64,000 nucleotides of DNA, from positions 1-64,000 of the forward strand of contig JAKMXF010000307.1 of NCBI GenBank assembly GCA_024704765.1, given 5' to 3'. This DNA is from Oopsacas minuta. Its lineage: Eukaryota; Animalia; Porifera. Position numbers and translations under genes: made by a program. The notes under the pieces are model-generated. The model saw only the letters and a program-made list of their open reading frames with translations. It was not told the origin of the DNA and did no database searches. Below, piece after piece: positions 47,867 through 60,349 of this stretch (the first letter of the stretch is position 1; every line of letters starts with the position of its first letter).

Positions 47867-49235
47867 GGTACAACTATAGAATTGCACCCCTCGAACTTTT
47901 CATCCGAAATGTAAAACGCACTAATTCTAGCTTGATCGTACTCGCTGAATGATGAAGATTCCACTTTAGAACGTTCAAATCGGTGCACAATTGAAAAAGC
48001 TAGAGCTAAATTACACTACTAAGCCAAAGTATATGGGCGAAATTGTATTAGTCATCAAATCAATTTATACTGATTCTAGCTACTATCTATAGCCATAGCA
48101 ATGTGCCTACTAACATCATTACATAGTGACTTACATTATTGAGAATCCTGAACAGGACTGCAAACTACAAAATAACAAGCAATCGTATTTATTACCATTA
48201 CTTCAGAACAATGCTATCAATTTTCAAAACGTAAGAGCGCAAAATGAAGCTGACTAGTTCATGATTAGTATTTTAATTCTAATAACTTCGTTATATAATG
48301 TTGTTTGCACCACTGGTACAACTTGCAGCCTGTTAACAGGCCTACGAGAGGGTGGGGCATTCGGGGTCAAATTCGACAGGTGTCACTATGTTCGTACATT
48401 GTGAGAATAGAGTTATCACAATGTTGCGTTAGAAAATAAAGCATTTGCTCGTAATAATTATGGTGAGAGCGTACATGTTAACTTCTACAAGGAAAACAGC
48501 AGGAAATAAGTAGTATTTTAGCGGGACATAACATATTAGTGTTAGTCTTATGCACTGAAAAGCGGGGCAATTCTCCCTTTGGAACGTTTTGGCGGGACAT
48601 AACTCCCAACATATGTCCGAAAAATCGGGACCTCAGCCAAAAATGGAACAGTTGACTAGTATGTGAGAGAGACATTGGTGTCTTTTTTTTGTTATTTATT
48701 AGACGTATCTCTAATAACAATCACTTTCAATTAAATTATCACTGCATAACTTTAATAAATATGTAAGTATTGACAATAGTTGACCAAATATACTATTCAA
48801 ATAAACATAGAATTAATCTGTTATAGAAAACAAGCAAACGAACATACATGGCTTTTAATTTTCATCTTATTTTGCGGTCACTTTGAAATGTATATGTATT
48901 AAGAAATTTATATTGTGACTCTCATCCAATGCTTTATATGATTTGCCACCAACCTTTAAATTAGAAATCTTTAGAACTTAGGGGTTGAGAAGGCATTTAA
49001 TTAATATGCTTTTTTGGAATAGTAAACTCTATAAATGTTCAGATATGGTAAATAGAAACAGGTTCGTTCAGCTTGAATTAATTACGGAATTTAGAATGGC
49101 TCATATGTTGTATTGCACTGAAGTAATAGCATTTTGATTCCTCGACTAATCTCCTCAACAATATCGAAATACTTTTCCCTTCTCGGTTTGTTATGACAAT
49201 TTACACAAAAATAATTTTTGTACAACGTCTAGATA

Positions 49236-49337
49236 CAGTAAAAACGGGGTTTCTAACACCTGGTTATTCTAACTATTGGATTTTTCTAACCCCTTTCTCT
49301 TACCAATAAATTGTTAGATTAAAGCGGTTTTCTACTG
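49236..49337. mobile_element. About 100-bp Tigger-type mini-MITE inside Merlin copy 2
   Basis: TA|CAGTAAAAACGGGGTTTCTAAC ... GTTAGATTAAAGCGGTTTTCTACTG|TA. Confidence 0.7.
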
Positions 49338-49639
49338 TAAGCATTATTTCTATTTCCAAATTGGACACATTCCTAATTGTATTCTAAAAATCTTAACTAA
49401 CATGCTCCAAAGATATCAATATGGCTTTCCATTTACCAAAATTTCTAAAAGGTTACAGGTATACAAATCAGTAACCGTTAAACTGCATTATTGTTGTTGT
49501 GGTATTATATACAAATAAATATTTAACCACTTCCAAACTTCTTGTATTGTTGCTAAAGTTATGATACTCAATATACATATACGAAAGGCAAAATGCATAA
49601 GTAATTGAGAAATGAACGCACAACTGTTACTATATATAG

Positions 49640-50529
49640 TTCCTGATATCCCCGCATATTTGAAAATTGATGAAGTAATTCTGACGGCACAACTTGTGGC
49701 GCGACACTAACTTGGTTGAGGAAGTATGGCCTGTTGGCTGGTGCAATGCGCTGTACTTGTGGGGAGTTGATGCGTGAAGGGCCATATCCTCGACATCCTG
49801 GCTATATCTGGAGATGTCCTGTTGCAGGTTGTAAGAAGACTTGTCCATTCGGTATGGTTCATTTATTGAGGCTTCTAATATACCCCTTCCTTAAATGCTC
49901 AAGTTTCTGTACTACTGGTGGAAGATATACAGGCGCACATGTTCTTGGAGAAACAGTTAGACTGGAGTCCAAACACAGTTGTAGATTGGAAGAACTTCAT
50001 GAGAGATGTCTGTATTGAAGATCTCATTGTTAACTCCGAACCGATCGGAGGACCTGGTACGATTGTCGAGATAGATGAGTCCAAATTCGGAAAGCGGAAC
50101 AATCATGGGAGACTTCTAACTGGTCAATGGGTATTTGGGATGTTTGAAACGGGTACTAATAAAGCTGTCATGGTAGTTGTGCCTGACCGTACTACAGCAA
50201 CTCTGTTTCCAATAATCCAACAATATATTCTACCTGGAACTACGATACACTCTGATGAGTGGGCTTCATATGCCATCCAACAACATACTACTTATGTTCA
50301 TCACACCGTCAATCACTCCCAGAATTTTGTGGATCCTCACACAGGAGTGCATACTCAAGGGATAGAAAGTTCTTGGGGAAGCGTGAAGAAGAGATTGAGA
50401 AAGGGGCAAATAACGAATCCTGATCATTTGGAAACACATCTAATTGAATCATGTTGGAGAAGAAGGAACAAAGAGATCATATTGAACAACATTGTAAAAT
50501 CAATAAGAAATGCTTATCCTGTTGTTTAG
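49640..50529 (+). pseudogene. Merlin (ISXO2-like DDE) transposase, frameshifted in the N-terminal zinc-finger region
   Basis: CTCGELM..WRCPVAGCKK (zinc ribbon); ORF 49918-50529: VEIDESKFGKR, WVFGMFE, IHSDEWASY, HHTVNHSQNFVDP..GVHTQGIESSW. Confidence 0.92.
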
Positions 50530-51698
50530 CAAATAGTGTTCAAATTATAGTTAAGTGATAATATGTGAGATTTTTCAAACTCAATGTTTCAATATTCCAA
50601 TTAGGGGTTAAAATCCCGGGATGCAGGGATTGTTATACACCGGGGATTATTTCTCAAATCACAATCCTGGGATGCAATCTTAGGATCCCGAGATTTTCTT
50701 ATTATTTCTATAACCTATGTTTGAACAATTGAACAATTTCCTGAAAATTATCAATGATACACTCACAATACTTGCAAACAAAACCCTTTTTGCAATGGTA
50801 ACTTACATTAGTGAGTGTTAAATAACAACAAGAAGATAGGATGATTACAAGTGCGTATGCTCTCACCATAATTATTACGAGCAAATGCTTTATTTTCTAA
50901 CGCAACATTGTGATAACTCTATTCTCGCAATGTACGAACATAGTGACACCTGTCGAATTTGACCCCGAATGCCCCACCCTCTCGTAGGCCTGTTAACAGG
51001 CTGCAAGTTGTACCAGTGGTGCAAACAACATTATATAACGAAGTTATTAGAATTAAAATACTAATCATGAACTAGTCAGCTTCATTTTGCGCTCTTACGT
51101 TTTGAAAATTGACAGCATTGTTCTGAAGTAATGGTAATAAATACGATTGCTTGTTATTTTGTAGTTTGCATTCCTGTTCAGGATTCTCAATAATGTAAGT
51201 CACTATGTAATGGTGTTAGTAGGCACATTGCTATGGCTATAGATAGTAGCTAGAATCAGTATAAATTGATTTGATGACTAATACAATTTCGCCCATATAC
51301 TTTGGCTTAGTAGTGTAATTTAGCTCTAGCTTTTTCAATTGTGCACCGATTTGAACGTTCTAAAGTGGAATCATCATCATTCAGCGAGTACGATCAAGCT
51401 AGAATTAGTGCGTTTTACATTTCGAATGAAAAGTTCGAGGGGTGCAATTCTATAGTTGTACCTCAAATTTATATATAGTATATTTGCGAGATATTGGCAA
51501 TCCAAGGAAATTCCTTCTGTACTCGAGATTTTCACGCCAGCCTGAAGAACTGAGATTACGTCATAAATGCTTAGAATAATGGTTGGTTTCCATTATAACG
51601 AGTATTCACGCTGTGTAACTTGAGATTTTCTTTAATATTTGAAATTGTTGAATCTTTTTTCGGTATTTTCTGGGCTATCATATTCATGCCATCATCTA

Positions 51699-52633
51699 CA
51701 GTCAGGGGACAAAAGTATTCGATCACACAAATATATTGTCACAAATTGTATACTCTTTCCCGCTCCTGTATATTGTGTAGTCTATATTCGTAGCTGCAAT
51801 CTAGTAATGTGTATAGAATAACATAAGTTGTTGAAGAATTTCAAAAAAATATTTTCGATTTACACTTTATGAAGGTGTCAATTATTAATAATTATTAGAT
51901 AACTATTGATAATCAAAATAGGCGGTAAGTCAAAGCCTATTAAGAATCTATAATTTCTGACTTGATATTTGAATTCTTACGTAGGTGAGTTACCCCAAAT
52001 TGAAATATCCAATCGGATTGAACAATTTTTACCAAAGTTATAGATGAATTTGAATTTGTGCCATTCGTGCCATTTGTGCCACCTTTTGTGCCACCTTTTG
52101 CCCAAGGTGGCACAGTGTCCGCTACCAAGAGGATATTTTGTAATTCAAGCGGTAGCATAGTCATATAATTCGAAAATATTACTTCGACTTATTCCTCCTA
52201 GCCCTAGTTGATTTCCTTATAGTGGCGCTTTTTCCTGTCACCTATGCCACTTTTTTCAAAAAGTGGCACAATTGGGACAAATTGAATTCTTCTATAACTT
52301 TGGTAAAAATTGTTCAATCCGATTGGATATTTCAATCTGGGGTAACTCGCCTACGTAGAATTCAAATATCAAGTCAGAAATTCTAGATTCTTAATAGGGT
52401 TTGAATTACAACATATTTTGAATATCAATAGTTATCTAATAATTATTAATAATTAACACCTTCAAAAAGTGTAAATCGATAATAATTTTTTGAAATTCTT
52501 GAAAAACATGTTATTCTATACAAATTACTAGATTGCAGCTACGAATATAAATTACACAATATATAGGTGCGGGAAAGAGTCTACAATTTATGACAATATA
52601 TTTGTGTGATCGAATACTTTTGTCCCCTGACTG
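51699..52633. mobile_element. Tc1-type non-autonomous foldback element, about 360-bp TIRs
   Basis: TA|CAGTCAGGGGACAAAAGTATTCGATCAC ... GTGATCGAATACTTTTGTCCCCTGACTG|TA. The arms pair inward to about 52060 and 52265; the core has tgcca(c)ctttt repeats and no transposase. Confidence 0.92.
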
Positions 52634-53119
52634 TATATATTAATTGTAATGATGAAGTTGTCATGTTTATTTGTTAATGCCATTTATGGCTCCTATTTTG
52701 TCACTATATTCGCTTATACACCTCGATTATCGTTGAAATTTTGCCCCTATTCTTTCCAAGTCTGCCAGTGCGGAGATTATAGATTGAAATTTATTGGGGA
52801 ATTGATGAGAATTTTCATGAATTCTATTTGGAATGACAAGAAATTAACCCTTCTATCCTTAGTGCATTTTCGAGCCAGTTGAGCTTGTGGCGCCAAGTCT
52901 AGGAAAAATCAAGCCTGAGGTTTTCTGTGGGAAATTTTTACTACCTCCAATCGAAATTTCACATAAATCCAGTTTTGCCTCAAAACATGAGGTTTGCAAC
53001 GATTATCCTCTTATCGAGTTATAAGTTTATTTTGACAAAACAGGTGCCCTTCAGCAGGGAGCTTTTGATAGGTGTTGTTTGGTCCCCTAATAGAGACCCC
53101 ATGGTCGTAAGTTTTGTGC

Positions 53120-54338
53120 GCTTAAGAATTCTTTTAGGAGAAATGGGTGTACCAGAATACAGGCTAAATGAACGGCGCCTTTTTATCGACAGTTCTACTA
53201 GAAGTTTGAAATGTGTTTTGCTCCATTATTTGAATATATATGCTTCTATTCCAATTGGTCACTCAATTAGTATGAAGGAGGGGTATGAGTCAATCAAATT
53301 GGTTTTGGAGAAACTGAAACATCATGTTCATCAATGGGTGATTTGTGTTGACTTAATGATGATTAATTTCCTCCTTGGTCAGCAAAGTAGCTACACAAAT
53401 ACCCATGCTTCCTTTGTCTTTGGGATAGCCGAGCAAGAAATGACCACTGGAAGAGAAAAGAGTGGCCCTTGAGAAAGATTATGATAGTTGGAGAAATGAA
53501 CATCATTAACAATCTTCTGATCAAAAACAGGGACAAGATCATTCTTCCACCACTACATATCAAACTGGGCTCGTGAAACAATTCGTCAAGGCTTTGAATA
53601 AAGATGGTTCCTGCTTCTATTATTTATGCAGTTCATTCCCTGAACTTAGCACCGAAAAGCTCAAAGCTGGAATATTTAATGGCCTCAAGATCAGAAAGCT
53701 CATGAAAGACATGTTTTATTAATTCCATGAATGACACTGAATCTGGTGCTTGATCCGCATTTGTTTTAGTTACACAAAATCTTTAGGCAGCTATAAAGCA
53801 GAAAATTACGCTGAATTAGTAGACAACATGCTTTCGAAATTCACTAATCTTGGCTGTAGGATAAGCATCAAGCTTCATTACCTCCATAACCATTTAGATT
53901 ATTTCCCCGAAAACCTTGGCGACCTAAGTGAAGAACAAGAAGAAAGGTTCCATCAAGACATCAGGTTAATGGAAGAGAGGTACCTGGGAAGGTGGGGTAT
54001 TCACATGATGGGAGATTACTGCAGGAGTCTTCAACGAGATTGTCCAGGAAAATCTCACTCAAGGGTATCCAGGAAAAGACGCTTTTTAGACATTGATTGA
54101 TGTTCTGTTAACAATACTGCTCTCATGATAACATTTATGCTTATGGCAAAAAATTCTTCCAATTTTTATTCGTACATGTATATACGTATATTAGAATGTA
54201 ATTAGTTGAAGTTAATCGTGGATATATTTCAAAAACAAGAGGTATAGATCAAAGCGAGGGCATTTTTCGAACCTATGCTCAAAATATACCCAAAAATAGG
54301 TCTAACTTCCAAGGCACCAAAATTTGTGTTGACCAGTG
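53120..54338 (+). mobile_element. Chapaev3 (CMC superfamily) transposon, 5'-truncated
   Basis: RLFIDSSTRSLKCVLLH, WVICVDL, KYPCFLCLWDSRA, LPPLHIKLGL, SIKLHYLHNHLDYFPENLGDLSEEQEERFHQDI. The right end is ...GACCAGTG followed by TTA. Confidence 0.85.
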
Positions 54339-55424
54339 TTATTCATATACAAATAGAACATAAAAAAGACTAAGGCCATGTGCATCAGTACAAATCATTA
54401 AAGGACCAGTGGCTCCCCTAAGTTCGGTATCCTGCCCTTCATTGTCTCAACTATCACTCAGATACATACCAAATAAATCTATTTTGTACAAAAACGGTGT
54501 TGGATCAGTGGGAATTCAACATTTTGATGGGCAGATTTACAAATATTTACCAACTCCACTTACTGATAACATCATTTAAGTTTGATATTTTCACAATTTT
54601 GTTTTTCGTGAATGGTCAGATATCAATAAGACATTTATTCGGATAAACATGCACAAGTTTCTTATCCTCAGCTATTAATTAATTGCTCATCAAGATATAT
54701 AGTTACTTCTTTTTATCTCTTGTCCAGTGAAAATTCTTTCAGCGAGCAGGACTTATTAGTAGGTTATAAATAAAGTGAATTTTGGAATAATGATTGTGAA
54801 ATTACACGTGTTATGAAATATGGAAATATACTATAACCTCTTAAATGGTGTCTCTTTATATAGAGAACTTTATTAAGCTTGCAATCTTAGCCCACCATAG
54901 TTCATTTTATTATGTCGAACATCTATATCCGGCGAGTGAGGAATCGAACACTTTAAGGTTAACAATGCCTTCCAACAACGCCAATCCAATCCAATTGATA
55001 TATTATATCGATTGAATGGAACTTCCCAGGTTTGGGAGTCCCAATGTAGTATGTTTTTCCCAAAATTTACTAGGACGTGAACAGATCTATAAATGTTTTT
55101 GATTATTATAACTAAACCTGTGGTGGTCCAACCAGGGAAATTTTGATCGATTTGATTGATTGGATTGGTTCGAATTAGATTGAATTATCAACCCTAATTC
55201 CAACTTACATTTGACTATAGTCTACAATTTAGCCAGCTGTGCAACTAACTGAATGAATGCCGAGATAGAATGCCGGTTTCAGGGAGTATAAGTTTCTATC
55301 ATAGTAGAGATGCTAAGGACCCATTTTTCAGGATAGTATGAATGTTTTCTGAAAGCATGAAACTTTCATCATGGGCTGTACATACCATTGTAAGTGATTA
55401 ATCTTAAATGCTTTATATCTTCTA

Positions 55425-56767
55425 CAGGGTGTCCCATATGTATTGGCCGGTACACTAATTTTTTATTCAATCTTAATTTTAAAATAAATCATTACGAAAT
55501 GTTATTGTGTATTTATATGTATTTAAGTTACAATTCTTAGAACATTTTCTACCAATTAGTTTTTACTTTACGCATATTTTCAAGTTCATCTCCTATTAGA
55601 CTTGGTTAGCTCCGAATTGTCAACTATGGATGTCAGAGATTATGGAGTATCGATTCGTTCTCAGGCAATTGGGCAGCTAGAGAGTGGAATAACTCAGAAA
55701 GTTGTTTCGCAGAGTTTAAAAGTCAGCCTAAGATCAGTGAGACGTTGGTGGCATGCTTACAAATCTGGGAATCCCTCGAATCTACACCAAAATCTGGTCG
55801 TAAAAAGACAGTCTCTCGTGTAGCTAAAATTGTCATTTCCAAATCATTAGGAAAACGAAGACAGTCAACAAGAAAAATTGCTTCTAAGTTAGCCAATAAA
55901 GGAATATCCATGTCTAAATCAACAGTACATCGCTATCTAAAGACTGGTTTAAAGGTAAATCGTACAAATGGCCAAAAATACCCAGACTTACCCCAAAATG
56001 AAAGAAAATCGCATAAAATTCGCTAAGAGAACTATTAATTGGACTGCTGAAGCTTGGAAAAAGGTACTGTGGAGTGATGAATCGCCGTTTGAACTCTTCT
56101 CTCTCCCAAATTGTCAAAATGATCGAGTATGGTCGAAATCCACCACAAAGGTTGAGCCATGCCTCCGTGTTAAATTTCACCCTAAAATTCAAGTCTGGGG
56201 TATGATTTCCTTTCAATCTGTTTCCGAATTGCATATAATACCGAAAGGACAGATGGTTAATGGAGCGTATTATAGGGATAGTATATTAACAGATACCTGT
56301 ATGGCTGCGATCAAACGTAAGGCTAAGACAGGTACAATATTGGAAAAGGCAATGCTCCCAAACAGGTCTGAATTTTTTTTCATGCAGGATGGAGCACCTG
56401 CTCACACAGCTAAACTAACTCAACAGTGGTGTGCAGAGAATCTCCCGAACTTTTGGCGTAAAGAGGATTGGCCCGGGAATTCTCCAGATTTAAATCCCAT
56501 TGAAAATGTTTGGGGATATTTGAAAGACAATATGACTAACATGAAAGAAGTGAGCACTCTAATGGGGCTTGAAAAAAATCTGAAAAAAGCATGGAGATCA
56601 ATTCCGAATGATTTTCTCGAAAATTTAGTCAGTAGTATGCCCAATCGTGTTAGACGTGTTCTCCAATGTAATGGAGAGTATGTAAATAAATAAATATATT
56701 GTATATTATGAAGTATACATTCGTTTTGGTCAAAATATCAACCGGCCAATACATATGGGACACCCTG
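55425..56767 (+). mobile_element. DD37E Tc1/mariner-superfamily transposon (L31-like or TRT-like); ORF 55968-56693 open
   Basis: TA|CAGGGTGTCCCATATGTATTGGCCGG ... CCGGCCAATACATATGGGACACCCTG|TA. VLWSDES, FMQDG..37 residues..PIEN. N-terminal frameshifts; an extra segment (AIKRKAKTGTILEKAM) precedes the second D. Confidence 0.92.
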
Positions 56768-57432
56768 TATTTGGATCCTATAAGCCGATTTTTATGTCGA
56801 TATTTGTTACCATTGTAAGATAAGAGTACCGTTTGTTTGAGTGGTCGCTCAAATATATTAGGAAATTTTCTTCCTAGCAACGCAGGAATGTCCCAAATCT
56901 GTCCCAGATGTGTGACAACATTCCCCACTTGCCAACCATCAGGGATACGACTTATGATCCAGGGGAAATATTTGATATTTTGGGCTTTTCTCTCATAATT
57001 GAGTGAAATAATAGTATTATTTGTATAGAAATTTGAAATCCAGGGAAATAAGGGGTTGGTACGTGAGACATTCCCTTATCGAAAATTGTCCTAACCCTAT
57101 TTGGCCTATCGAGTGATCCCTTTTTCGACGCCGCTAGGCTAGCTGAGTCAATTTATACACATATCGACAAAGATAGTAAATTTTAACATGACTATACAAG
57201 ATCATCCCCTGCAGCCCCATAATCTCTTCCAACTTTTGCATCTTTCTTACAGAACATGATTTTACTGTCTGCATTTGTGTGAAATACTATTGCAAATGTA
57301 TAGCAATATTTATTCACCTGGGTTTCATACAGGACTTTTGTTGGGGCAACGATCGATCACACCATATAAACACACTTTCTTATGTCAATTGTATCATGCA
57401 TATTGCTAACTGATGTGATAATACCTAATATA

Positions 57433-57868
57433 CAGTGGATACCGATTATGAAAACACTATCAGGCACTGGACATAATGTTCTTATATCTGGCACGTTTGT
57501 ATAACCGGATGTAGTAAATTGAGGGTGCCGGTTATGAAAACATTTCATTTGAACAGATTTGGATGTAGGAATAATATTATGCAAACTGTTCTCATATCTA
57601 CTGTATAATTTATGCCAATGCTACGAATATATTGGTAATTAGAATCAATTACACTGATACTCTAAGAGTGCTTCTTATTACCGCCCTTAATTATATTGGG
57701 GTGTATAGCAACCCTTTCCTGTAAAATATTCTTATTTCCTTCATGTTCTTATGTAACCGGAATCGAATGTTCATATATCTGGTAAATTTCCATGGTATAG
57801 GATACAAAAGATTTACGAAATCAACTTAAGTTTCTTATAACCCATGTTCTTATATCCCGCATCTACTG
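57433..57868. mobile_element. pogo/Tigger-type MITE
   Basis: TA|CAGTGGATACCGATTATGAAAAC ... GTTCTTATATCCCGCATCTACTG|TA, with internal ttctta/ttatga subrepeats. Confidence 0.72.
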
Positions 57869-58167
57869 TATAAGTTATGGAGCATATAAGATTACCAAAT
57901 GTATCACGAAGTGGCAAAATCAATTTACTGACATGTCAGATACCTTTTTCGGGATGGCTCCACGTCAAGAATCACTTCTAATGATTTGTAGATGTTATTT
58001 TAAAAGTTTTATGCTTTTATCAACAAATGCACACTTTATGGTTTGTCAGCTCTATATTATCCAATAGAAGATACGTAGTATCGAGCATTTGTATTTATTT
58101 GAGGCTTATGGGGTTATGCATATACTTCTAAACTATCTGGATACTCAACTTTTATACATCTCATATA

Positions 58168-59478
58168 CAGGGTGTCTAATAAGTTCTGTTATACATTTTC
58201 GCGCCTTAGACAGTAGCTCTTAATATACTTATAAAGTAATCTTCTAGATTTTCTTGTACCATTTTTGGCGCTCTTTCGAATTATACCAAGTATATATCAT
58301 TCAAGTTGATGATTTACCAGAAAATCATGTTAGAAGAAATTCGTCCAAAAATTGTCACTTTTCACGAATCTGGGTTTAGCAACAGTGAAATTCTAAAAAG
58401 GCTAAAAAATGATAAAGTCAATCCCATGCTGATCTATCGCACAATAAAACGCTATATAGAGACTGGGAGTGTGTCTGACAGGAAACGAGTTGGTCGTCCA
58501 AGATCCGCTCACACACCAGCCCTGAAGAATAGTGTTAGATGTCGAATCCTGAGAAATCCCTGGCGTTCAATGCGAAAAATGTCTCGTGAATTCTGTGTCA
58601 ATCACAAAATGATGCGGAAATTGGTTGTAGAGGACCTAGGAATGAAGTCCTATAAGCGGAAAACGTACACCATCTTAACGACTCCATACGTCGTAAGCGA
58701 CTCGAAAGATGCATACAACTAAAAGCCCGATTCGCTCCTGGGACTGAAGATCAGATTTTCTTCTCAGATGAGAAGCTGTTCACGGTTGAGGAGGCAAGCA
58801 ATCGTCAAAACGACCGTATACTTGCTTCTCGAAGTCAGGATATCCCAGATAGTATCAAGTACATTGATAGAGTCTAGAAGCCTCTTTCTCTGATGGTATG
58901 GGCGGGTGTGTCGGCAGACTCACGGACAAACCTGATTTTTGTCCCCCAAGGAGTGAAAATAAACTCCCAGACGTACAGAGAGCTGGCCTTGGAGCCTGAT
59001 ATTGCGTCTGCGGGTGAGAAGCTCTTTCAAAACCATCCTTAGACTTACCAACAAGGCTCTGCGCCTGCACATGCTTCAAAAATATCCCAGGGTTGGTTCC
59101 GAGAGCAAAATATCGATTTCATAAGTAAGGATGAATGGCCACCATCAAGCCCAGATTTAAACCTACTCGACTATTCTGTTTGAGCAAACTTGGAGAGCAG
59201 GGCCTGTACGAAATCTCACAAGAGTTTGGAGTCCCTCAAAGTTAGTTTGTTGAGTGAATGGCAGAAAATCCCACAGGAGGAGCTGCGAAAAGCTGTCCAT
59301 CAGTTTCGGGGCAGACTAACTTCCGTAATTCATAAAAAGAGAGGCTATATTGAATGATATTTGTAATGTGTAATTAGGAACATAAGTCCTAAGAAAATAG
59401 AAGGTTTCATGGCTTTACAATGGATAAATTTGAAATCTTTGGGGAATTGATATATAACAGAACTTATTAGACACCCTG
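58168..59478 (+). mobile_element. maT (DD37D) transposon copy B, full length, pseudogenised
   Basis: TA|CAGGGTGTCTAATAAGTTCTGTTATA ... TATAACAGAACTTATTAGACACCCTG|TA. Collinear with 29065-30370 in the opposite orientation. Confidence 0.95.
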
Positions 59479-59619
59479 TATGCTCTCTAGCAAGTTAGGC
59501 CAGTGTGTTAATCTTGATATCTAGGCTATCATTAGTTTTATCAGTATTTAATATATTGTTGTCGAATTGGTGGTCATCTATAGGGGTTTAAATGGTCATA
59601 TTTGAATACTTAAACGGCA

Positions 59620-59880
59620 TCACTTTGACTAAATTCGCGCATTTGTTCAAATTGATGACGTACCGACATTTGCCCTATTGAGGGCACCACTGATAAAAAT
59701 TTCAACCATCTAAAATCTATATTGGCTGAGCAGTGGCTAACAAGATGATGTTTCGAAAATCCGAAACATGACTATTAGGTCGTCATTTCGACATAGGAAG
59801 ACTCGAACTTTTCCGAACCTGGCTAAATATACCCCTGTATGCCAAAATCAGCCTTAGGGCCTTCCAGTTAATTCACTCAT
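59620..59880 (+). repeat. Uninterrupted copy of the dispersed repeat that is split at 9448/19630
   Basis: Shares motifs with 9395-9448 and 19630-19800 in the same order. Confidence 0.55.
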
Positions 59881-60349
59881 TCTAAACTTCAACATATCTA
59901 TACTATTAAACCGTAATTAATTTTCACTAGTGCGCTTCAATTGCTAGGTCGCTGCCTCAAGTGAAGCTAACCAGAGGTACTAACCTGTAAAACAGTGACC
60001 CAGCAAGCGAAGCGCGCTAGCAACCTACATATAGTTTTATTATAGCATTGATAATTACCATGTATATGAGAAGGTGTAAAAACCGAAAAATCACAAACCA
60101 AACATTCCAATTGGGGCATATTACGAATGAATTCCCTATCCATGACTTCCTATTCAACAATACTATCTTAGGGATAATCTATATTATTAAATCTAAATTG
60201 TTGTTTGTTTGTTTTTCCGTTGTCAAGGAAAGGATTTTAGGTATGCAATTTTGAAATTGTCGCATAACTATGTATTTATCGTGTTTATCAAGGAATTAAA
60301 TAGAGTTCAATAAAACTCCACTAAATATATCGAACATACTAAATCCGAG

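Larger units (their letters stand above)
47867..51462 (+). mobile_element. Merlin transposon copy 2 with 608-bp TIRs
   Basis: Arms 47867-48474 and 50855-51462 start GGTACAACTATAG and show about 7 mismatches by eye. 8-bp flanks acgaatct/tcaaattt (5/8). Confidence 0.92.

Noticed and set aside
47867-47887. ATG start of ORF 47084-47887
   Set aside because: The first seven codons come from the Merlin TIR, not from the interrupted gene.
49918-50529. Bacterial IS1595/ISXO2 element or contamination
   Set aside because: The very long TIRs, nested eukaryotic MITEs and surrounding eukaryotic TEs fit Merlin; there are no operon-like or bacterial genes in the window.
51940-52164. ORF with GGTKGGTNGTNG repeat
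   Set aside because: It arises from the tgccacctttt core repeats of the foldback MITE.
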